A program made the position numbers and the translations under genes. From Gammaproteobacteria bacterium (lineage in GTDB: Bacteria > Pseudomonadota > Gammaproteobacteria > JACCXJ01), in contig JBOIDL010000002.1 of the NCBI GenBank assembly GCA_050740435.1, forward strand, positions 1-58,470: DNA of 58,470 bases, read 5' to 3'. Below, piece by piece: positions 9,201-14,784 of this stretch. The notes below the pieces were generated by a model, which was given only the letters and a program-made list of their open reading frames with translations, searched no databases and was not told the DNA's origin. Each line of letters starts with the position of its first letter. The first letter of the stretch is position 1.

Positions 9201-10170
9201 CACCTCGACCTTCGAGCTGCGGAACTCAGCCAACGCCTTGGTAGCGGCTACGGTCAGCTACAACGCCAATACGGCAACACTGACGCCGACCAGTGCATTA
9301 GCCGGCTCAGCAACCTATACCGCCACCGTCAAGGGCGGGACGGCGGATCCGCGGGTGAAGGATGTGGCCGGCAACCCGCTCGCTTCCAACGTCACCTGGC
9401 CCTTCACCACCGCGGCGGTGCTTACGACACCGCCCATGGCGCCGGTCGGGCTTACGGCGACGCCATCGGCGAGCGGCATCACGCTCCGCTGGACCGCGAA
9501 CACCGAGGGGGACCTTGCGGGCTATCACGCCTACCGCAGCGCCGGTGGGGCCGGTTCCTTCACTCGATTGAACGGCACTCTCCTGACCGCATTGGCTAAC
9601 CCCTCCTATGAGGATACCCTTGCCCCCAACGGGACCAGCGACTATCGGGTGACCGCGGTCGATAGCTCGGGCAATGAGTCAGCGCCTTCTGCTACGACGA
9701 GTGCATCCATGACCAAGTCTAATCGGATCCTGAACCCGGGTTTTGAGCTCGATGCCAACAGCGACACCCGCCCGGACAGCTGGAACACGAATGCGGCGGT
9801 TACGCGCAGCAGTGAACTCGTGCGAAGCGGTGGCTTTGCTATGAAGCATTCGGCGGCCACCAATGTGGGCTATACGCTTACTCAAGTGGTGACGGGCCTA
9901 GCCGCGGGTACGACGTACAACTTCGCAGGCTGGGCCAACATACCGACTACCGCCGATGCGTTCACCTTAACGATTCGCGTGCGTTGGCGTAGTCTCCTCA
10001 ACACGATACTTAGGACGGACAACGTCAAGGTGTACAACGCATCCACGAACGGCTGGAATAAGGCCTTAGTGAGCTTGGTGTCACCTATCGGGACCACTAA
10101 CGCACAGGTGCAGATGGTGGTGACCAGCTTGAACGCAAGCATCTACGTCGATGACTTCGCCTTGCGTTAA
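3235..10170 (+). CDS. giant secreted or membrane-anchored multidomain protein: signal anchor, 8+7 WD40 blades, deacetylase-like core, 3 x (Big_5 Ig + DUF4082), FN3, CBM4_9-like
   Basis: The ORF track gives 3088-10170. I trimmed it to the ATG at 3235, which is preceded by GGAGGA (3221-3226). MTRNRIVRLISLTGTVFVFTVVLIYVLALV is a hydrophobic N-terminus. Fifteen repeats of the form xAFSPDG....G.D..i.lWD fall in two blocks (about 3391-4360 and 4597-5440). The core carries a TGDDHG motif. Three repeats have DTTPPTV...FSE....T (Big_5/SbsA-type Ig), each followed by VELGVKFR...GIRFYK...TGTH.G.LW...ASGWQ...NTVYVASYHAPNG...NYWVDVVF (DUF4082). An FN3 follows (LRWTANTEGDLAGYHAYRS...VTAVDSSGNES). The C-terminus is NPGFELD...IYVDDFALR. 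Confidence 0.85.
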   Translation: MTRNRIVRLISLTGTVFVFTVVLIYVLALVSEVNVASANPNTTLPVSSTSANHDRFAFSPDGNSLASATDDGQIVLLSLLSGKQRLIGPGPLGSVVADLAFSPDGKTLACVLEDTITLWDMPSGQVRGILSGASNGVVTDLLFSPDGESVAGVADGKQILIWDVKSRSQRWILSSGDAVSRIAFARNATILASSGEDERIRLWDVTSGQELVTLTNRTAVTGFAFSPVGMTLASVDREANVSVWDLEFGNDRQILTGQRAPINGLAFSPDGSILATGGIDARVKLLDVTSGEERLSLLSRGDADFHGLVFSPDGRTLAGVSDGNRILLWEVASGNLRQRFVGHKDIIAEIAFNPNRQVLASVSNDGQAIVWDLAGGVKRLAHQIVGFGSDPLAFQTTDFSSKTLNTVNSSSAADLAPVIDPELPNQSSASQAGAVADLDLRGTRKRARARNWKGIRALAVSPDGTRVGTAGEDSAVRLWDSAGRELFALQGHHGAGVTGITFTADGEQLVSVGRDTEVSILNVATGDESKILLGHEHPIRTIAASPDGKFLASAGEETRIMVWDVATGKLSRILSGHTDFVNGLAFSPDGERLASGGADGRVLLWDVATGKLFKTLLGHAGEVNAVAYSRNGRLLASASEDFQVLMWDAVTGKQVRALRGHQAAVRTIAFSPDGRDLVSSGEDTRILVWDIAVGNLRKILPRNTRFINALVFHPAGSLIVGDEDAQITEWAMEGGRKVRISRPKLRPRAGRSTRTSSPLSALTPAGGGTDTNHIATRSIISAAQSIVGGLLDLLVPAAAAQLPDPNQGPGGPILVITSGSSTFGKFYAEILRNEGLNAFAVADIATINSATLASYDVVILAPVVLSLAQVGMFTDWVSAGGNLIAMRPDPQLSGLLGISAAGATSANAYLLVDTSQSPGSGIVGQTIQFHGTADRYTLNGASSLATLYADATTATANPAVTLRSVGANGGQAAAFTYDLATSIVYTRQGNPAWAAQERDGFTPIRSDDKFFGNATGDPKPDWVDLNKVAIPQADEQQRLLANLILHMNLDRKPLPRFWYFPRGEKAVVIMTGDDHGNGGTEGRFNQFISSSPAGCSVADWECVRGTSYVFPNTPTLTNAEAAAFNAAGFEVGLHVNTSCADFTPASLEDFYTQQIADWVANYSSIPVPITQRHHCIAWSDWVTGANVQFNHGIRLDTSYYFWPPSWALNRPGLFTGSGMPMRFAELNGTLVDVYNATTQMTDESGQQYPFTVNTLLDRALGPEGYYGAFTVNAHTDVPQIPEADAVVASALARSVPVVSSRQMLAWLDGRNNSSFGAFSWNGNTLSFSVTRDSAANGLQALVPRVVSGAVLTGITRNGSSIAFTTEIIKGVSYAVVSALSGTYAASFAPDTTPPTVVSHSPSAGATGVSQAALVTATFSEDLNPATIGTSTFELRGPGSTLVTATVTYNGATRTATLDPSSNLLASTTYTATVKGGPTGVKDAGGLAMVSDFVWTFTTEATPCSSSCNGWSSSTTPTNPSASDPNAVELGVKFRSNLDGSITGVRFYKGGGNTGTHIGKLWTAAGTQLATATFINETASGWQQVTFASPVAITANTVYVASYHAPNGGYAFDSNYFASSGFQNGPLYFLRDGESGGNGVYVYGAGGFPTNTFQASNYWVDVVFTTSSGGPDTTPPTVITKSPTDNAAGVSPTTAVTATFSEPLNPATVNTSTFELRTSTNALVPATVSYNANTATLTPSSTLAGSATYTATVKGGAADPRVKDVAGNALAANVTWSFTTAAPVVCPCSGWNSSATPTNPSFSDPNSIEVGVKFRVDVNGFISGIRFYKGDLNTGTHSGTLWTSAGLQLATATFTNETASGWQQVNFSSPVAVTANTVYVASYHAPNGNYAADSSYFASTGVDNGPVHLLSDGVSGGNGVFVYSASSAFPTSSFQATNYWVDVVFTTSAGSDTTPPTVTATTPLNGATGVNVGTTVTATFSEPMAPATVNTSTFELRNSANALVAATVSYNANTATLTPTSALAGSATYTATVKGGTADPRVKDVAGNPLASNVTWPFTTAAVLTTPPMAPVGLTATPSASGITLRWTANTEGDLAGYHAYRSAGGAGSFTRLNGTLLTALANPSYEDTLAPNGTSDYRVTAVDSSGNESAPSATTSASMTKSNRILNPGFELDANSDTRPDSWNTNAAVTRSSELVRSGGFAMKHSAATNVGYTLTQVVTGLAAGTTYNFAGWANIPTTADAFTLTIRVRWRSLLNTILRTDNVKVYNASTNGWNKALVSLVSPIGTTNAQVQMVVTSLNASIYVDDFALR

Positions 10171-10283
10171 CCGGGGTGGCCGACGGAGAAGACGGCTATG
10201 CATGGACAGCGCATGTGGTAGGACTGCAAGCGCTTATGGAAAAACAACAACGCCTAAGACCGGCGATAGGATTGGAGAACGAA

Positions 10284-13200
10284 ATGGAGAACCGAATGCC
10301 CCGTAGATTTACCCACCTTGCAATGCTGTTCTGCGCCTCCCTGCTGAGTACCTATGGACCACAGGTAGCAGCGAGTTGTGCAGCCCCGGCAAACGCGATC
10401 GAGGCCGAAAACTGCCAGCTTGGCAACCTGTCGAGCGAGTGGGACATCGGCGGTGTCGGTGATCCGAGCCTCCAGGGTTTTGCTACTGAGATCAGTGTCA
10501 ATCGGGGCGCGACCGTGTTCTTCAAGATCGATGCGAATGCGACCGGCGCTTACCGTCTCGACATCTACCGCATGGGCTACTACGGTGGGAGGGGAGCTCG
10601 CAAGGTCGCTACCGTGCCGGATTCGGTTACTTTGACGCAAAACCAACCGAACTGTTTCACGAATGCGACCACAGGACTCATCGATTGCGGCAATTGGGCG
10701 GTCTCCGCTTCATGGGCCGTGCCGGCTAACGCCACGTCCGGGATCTACTTTGCGAGGGCGGTGCGTACGAGCACCGGGGGCGCCAGCCACATCGTCTTTA
10801 TCGTGCGCGACGATGCGAGCACCTCGGATGTGCTGTTCCAAACCGCGGATACGACCTGGCAGGCATATAACAATTACGGGGGTAATAGCCTCTATACCGG
10901 ATCGCCGGCCGGGCGCGCTTACAAGGTCAGCTACAATCGGCCGTTCAACACCCGCACGGTCGATAACGGCCAGGATTGGGTATTCAACGCCGAATACCCG
11001 ATGGTCCGGTGGCTGGAGGCCAATGGTTACGACGTCAGCTACTCTACCGGAGTCGACAGCGATCGCCGGGGCGCGTTGATACGCAACCATAAGCTCTTCC
11101 TGTCGGTCGGTCACGACGAATACTGGTCTAATGGACAGCTCGCAAGCGTTGAAGCGGCTCGAAACGCCGGCGTGGACTTAGGTTTTTTCAGCGGCAACGA
11201 GGTTTTTTGGAAGACCCGCTGGGAAAACAGCATCGATGGTTCTGGGACGCCGTATCGCACGCTCGTGTGTTACAAGGAGACGCACGCCAACGCCAAGATC
11301 GATCCGTTGCCCAACGTCTGGACCGGCACCTGGCGCGACCCGCGTTTCAGCCCTCCCGCGGACGGCGGCCGTCCGGAAAATGCCCTGACCGGCACGCTTT
11401 TCACGGTAAACGCCGGCGCCACGACCTCGATTCGGGTGCCGGCGGAAGACGGCAAGATGCGCTTCTGGCGCAACACCAGCATCGCAAACCTCGCGGCAGG
11501 AGCCACGGCCACCTTACCCTTTGGAACCTTGGGCTACGAATGGGACGAAGATATTGACAACGGATTCCGGCCGGCCGGCCTATTCCACATGTCGACCGCT
11601 GTGGTACCGAATGCGCCGGTGCTGTTGGACTTCGGGTCTACCTTCGGATCGGGGACGGCGACGCATCATCTGACGCTTTACCGGCACAATAGCGGCGCCC
11701 TGGTGTTCGGATCCGGTACTGTCCAGTGGTCCTGGGGGTTGGATAGTAATCACGATAACGGTAGCGCTGCAGCGGATGTACGCATGCGGCAGGCGACCGT
11801 GAATCTATTTGCGGACATGGGAGTTCAGCCGGCCACACTGCAGTCAGGCTTGGTTCCCGCGACCGCATCGACCGATACGACTGCTCCCGGCTCCACGATC
11901 TCCTCGCCAACCAACGGCTCGAACGTACCGCAGGGAAGTCCGGTGTCCATCAGCGGAACGGCAGCGGACAGCGGCGGCGGTGTCGTGGGGGGTGTCGAGG
12001 TCTCGGTCGACGGCGGAACCACGTGGTTTGCAGCCACTGGCCGCGCCAACTGGAGCTTTAGCTGGCTCCCCAGTGCATCGGGAAATGTGACGATTCGGAG
12101 CCGTGCGGTGGACGACAGCGGGAATCTCGGAACGCCGAGTGCCGGTGTTAGCGTCACGGTTGGTTCCGGACAGCCGCCGGGTAACTGCACAGGGAGTAGC
12201 GTTTGGCCTGCCACAGCAGTGCCGGCTAATCCTACGGATCCTGATACGACCCCGGTTGAGCTGGGCGTGAAGTTCAGGTCGGACGTCAATGGCTTTGTTT
12301 GTGGTATCCGGTTTTACAAGAGCAGCGCGAATACGGGCACACACGTCGGTAAGCTGTGGAGTAGCAGCGGAACCTTGCTTGGCACCGCGACCTTTGCGGG
12401 CGAGACCGCGTCGGGCTGGCAGCAAGCGGACTTCGGCACGCCGGTGGCGGTTACGGGCAATACCGTTTACGTAGCTTCCTACCATGCGCCGAATGGGCGA
12501 TATGCGGCGGATACTGGCTTCTTCGCCGCCGGCGGTGTGGACAATGCGCCGCTGCATGCATTGCAGGACGGCGTGAGCGGAGGTAATGGGGTGTATGTCT
12601 ATGGAACCGGCAGTTTTCCTTCCAGTACGTTCCAATCGACCAACTACTGGGTGGATGTGGTCTTTACGACCGCCGCGGCGCCGGACACGACGCCGCCGAC
12701 AGTGACCTCGACGACACCGGCGAGTGGTGCGACCGGCGTGAGTCCGGGGACCACGGTGACAGCGGTCTTTAGCGAGGCGATGGATGCGACCACGGTCAAC
12801 CCCTCGACCGTAGAGTTGCGGGACGCGGCCAACGGGTTAGTGACGGCGACGGTAACGTACAACGCAGCGACGCGGACGGCGACGTTGACACCAAGCAGTG
12901 TCTTGGCCAACGGGGCGACCTACACGGCGACCGTCAAAGGCGGAGCGACGGATCCCCGGGTGAAGGATGTCGCCGCGAACGCACTCGCTGCTAACCAAAC
13001 CTGGTCGTTTGCTATAGCGCCCGCTGACACGACGCCACCGACGGTGACCTCGACGACACCGGCGAGTGGTGCGACGGGCGTGAGTCCGGGGACCACGGTG
13101 ACAGCGGTCTTTAGCGAGGCGATGGATGCGACCACGGTCAACCCCTCGACCGTAGAGTTGCGGGACGCGGCCAACGGGTTAGTGACGGCGACGGTAACGT

Positions 13201-14660
13201 ACAACGCAGCGACGCGGACGGCGACGTTGACACCAAGCAGTGTCTTGGCCAACGGGGCGACCTACACGGCGACCGTCAAAGGCGGAGCGGCGGATCCCCG
13301 GGTGAAGGATGTCGCCGGTAACGCGCTCGTCGCCAACCACACGTGGTCGTTTACTACCACGACCGGCGCCACCTGTACTGGCAACACCATCTTTGCTACA
13401 TCGGCGGTGCCGGCGATTGCGGCGGATGCGGACACTTCGGCGGTGGAGGTTGGCGTGAAGTTCCGGTCGGATGCCGATGGCGTTATATGCGGCATCCGCT
13501 TCTACAAGGGCAGCACGAACACCGGCACGCATGTGGGTAAGCTGTGGAGCAACGCCGGGACGTTGCTGGCGCAGGCGACCTTTACGGCCGAGACCGCCTC
13601 GGGCTGGCAGCAGGTGAATTTTGCAAGCCCGGTAGCGGTGACGGTGAACACGGTGTATGTGGCGTCCTACCATGCGCCGAACGGACGGTATTCGCTCAAT
13701 GAGCCGTTCTTTACCGCCGGGGTTGACAACGCTCCATTGCACGCGCTGCAAGACGGAGCAAATGGTGGAAACGGCGTATATTTGTATGGGGCCGGCGGTT
13801 TCCCCGTCAACACCTTCAATTCCAGCAATTACTGGGTGGACGTGGTATTCATTCCGGGGACTGCCCCGACACTCGCGTCGATCGCGGTGACGCCCGCTAA
13901 TCCGACGATCCAAACGTCGGCAACGCAGCAGTTCATAGCCACCGGGACCTACTCAAACAATAGTACGCAGGACATCACCAGTCAGGTAACCTGGGCTTCC
14001 TCGAACACGGCAGTGGCCACCATCAATACCGCCGGATTGGCAACGGCGGGCACGGGCGCTGGCACTACGACTATCTCGGCGACCTTGGGCACCGTCTCGG
14101 GGAGCACTACGCTGACCGTGCAGACCGCTCCCCCGATCACAAGTACCGGCTTCTTGGCCCCGAGCGCCAACGCAGCGGTTACCAGCAGTGCCGGCGACAA
14201 CAACGGGTTCCAGACCACCCCGAATAACGCCTACATCGCGGATAACCAGTTTGCTGTGGATACTAATAGTGGCACGAACACCAACACGTCATGTACCAAC
14301 GCGGGCAAGGACAAGCACAACTACTTCAACTACAACTTCAATGTGCCGGGCGGGGCATCGATCAGCGGTATTGAGGTCCGCCTGGACGCGAGCGTCGATA
14401 GCACTGCCAACTCGCCTCGGATGTGTGTGCAACTCTCCTCGGATGGCGGCACAACGTGGACCACGGCCTTGAGTACGACAACCCTGACTACGACGACCGC
14501 TGCATATATCTTGGGTGGTGCGACCAATACTTGGGGGCGAACCTGGACTGCGGGTGATTTTTCCAACGCTAATTTCAGGGTTCGCGTCATCGACGTGGCT
14601 TCCTCTACAGTCCGCGACTTTTCGTTGGATAGAGTAGCGGTTCAAGTGACCTATCAGTAG
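10284..14660 (+). CDS. large secreted protein: N,N-dimethylformamidase-beta-like domain, Ig-like, DUF4082, 2 x Big_5, DUF4082, Big_2, unknown C-terminal domain
   Basis: The ORF track gives 10176-14660. I trimmed it to the ATG at 10284, which has GGAGA 5 nt upstream (an alternative ATG is at 10296). Signal peptide: MPRRFTHLAMLFCASLLSTYGPQVAAS. DMFase-beta-family motifs as I recall them: IEAENC.LGN..SEWDI, LDIYRMGYYGGRGAR, TTWQAYNNYGGNSLY, GHDEYWS, FFSGNEVFWKTRWE. There are two DUF4082 copies and a Big_2 (ASIAVTPANPTIQTSATQQFIATGTYSNNSTQDITSQVTWASSN). Confidence 0.85.
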   Translation: MENRMPRRFTHLAMLFCASLLSTYGPQVAASCAAPANAIEAENCQLGNLSSEWDIGGVGDPSLQGFATEISVNRGATVFFKIDANATGAYRLDIYRMGYYGGRGARKVATVPDSVTLTQNQPNCFTNATTGLIDCGNWAVSASWAVPANATSGIYFARAVRTSTGGASHIVFIVRDDASTSDVLFQTADTTWQAYNNYGGNSLYTGSPAGRAYKVSYNRPFNTRTVDNGQDWVFNAEYPMVRWLEANGYDVSYSTGVDSDRRGALIRNHKLFLSVGHDEYWSNGQLASVEAARNAGVDLGFFSGNEVFWKTRWENSIDGSGTPYRTLVCYKETHANAKIDPLPNVWTGTWRDPRFSPPADGGRPENALTGTLFTVNAGATTSIRVPAEDGKMRFWRNTSIANLAAGATATLPFGTLGYEWDEDIDNGFRPAGLFHMSTAVVPNAPVLLDFGSTFGSGTATHHLTLYRHNSGALVFGSGTVQWSWGLDSNHDNGSAAADVRMRQATVNLFADMGVQPATLQSGLVPATASTDTTAPGSTISSPTNGSNVPQGSPVSISGTAADSGGGVVGGVEVSVDGGTTWFAATGRANWSFSWLPSASGNVTIRSRAVDDSGNLGTPSAGVSVTVGSGQPPGNCTGSSVWPATAVPANPTDPDTTPVELGVKFRSDVNGFVCGIRFYKSSANTGTHVGKLWSSSGTLLGTATFAGETASGWQQADFGTPVAVTGNTVYVASYHAPNGRYAADTGFFAAGGVDNAPLHALQDGVSGGNGVYVYGTGSFPSSTFQSTNYWVDVVFTTAAAPDTTPPTVTSTTPASGATGVSPGTTVTAVFSEAMDATTVNPSTVELRDAANGLVTATVTYNAATRTATLTPSSVLANGATYTATVKGGATDPRVKDVAANALAANQTWSFAIAPADTTPPTVTSTTPASGATGVSPGTTVTAVFSEAMDATTVNPSTVELRDAANGLVTATVTYNAATRTATLTPSSVLANGATYTATVKGGAADPRVKDVAGNALVANHTWSFTTTTGATCTGNTIFATSAVPAIAADADTSAVEVGVKFRSDADGVICGIRFYKGSTNTGTHVGKLWSNAGTLLAQATFTAETASGWQQVNFASPVAVTVNTVYVASYHAPNGRYSLNEPFFTAGVDNAPLHALQDGANGGNGVYLYGAGGFPVNTFNSSNYWVDVVFIPGTAPTLASIAVTPANPTIQTSATQQFIATGTYSNNSTQDITSQVTWASSNTAVATINTAGLATAGTGAGTTTISATLGTVSGSTTLTVQTAPPITSTGFLAPSANAAVTSSAGDNNGFQTTPNNAYIADNQFAVDTNSGTNTNTSCTNAGKDKHNYFNYNFNVPGGASISGIEVRLDASVDSTANSPRMCVQLSSDGGTTWTTALSTTTLTTTTAAYILGGATNTWGRTWTAGDFSNANFRVRVIDVASSTVRDFSLDRVAVQVTYQ
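12684..13367 (+). repeat. tandem duplication of a 342-bp (114-aa) Big_5 Ig-domain unit inside the 10284-14660 gene
   Basis: Unit 1 starts at 12684 (gacacgacgcc...) and unit 2 at 13026. By eye there are only 4 mismatches in the first ~290 bp of each unit, and the last ~50 bp diverge more. The minus-strand shadow ORFs 12644-12910 and 12920-13252 have identical N-terminal peptides. Confidence 0.9.
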
Positions 14661-14784
14661 GGAAGGTGTGAGTGGTGACCAGATAGGGATGCATAACACG
14701 CGGGTTCTGATCCCTTGGGGATTAGAATCTGCTCGTTTCCAATAGATAAGGTTAGACCTGACAGCTTCACTACGAGAGGTACAT

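Noticed and set aside
11844-12635. Long antisense or alternative-frame ORFs inside the big GC-rich genes (for example 11844-12635, 13179-13913, 6058-6696, 35340-36113, 37891-38910, 38250-39227, 38980-39789, 39774-40577, 34181-34951)
   Set aside because: Their translations are Arg/Pro/Gly-rich low-complexity sequences with no recognisable motifs. They fully overlap ORFs with strong family signatures, which is typical of shadow ORFs in high-GC DNA.
7402-13367. Periodic nucleotide repeats that might be mistaken for a CRISPR or satellite array
   Set aside because: The periods are 342 and ~840 bp. The repeats are entirely in frame within coding sequence and correspond to whole protein domains, and there is no short repeat-spacer structure.
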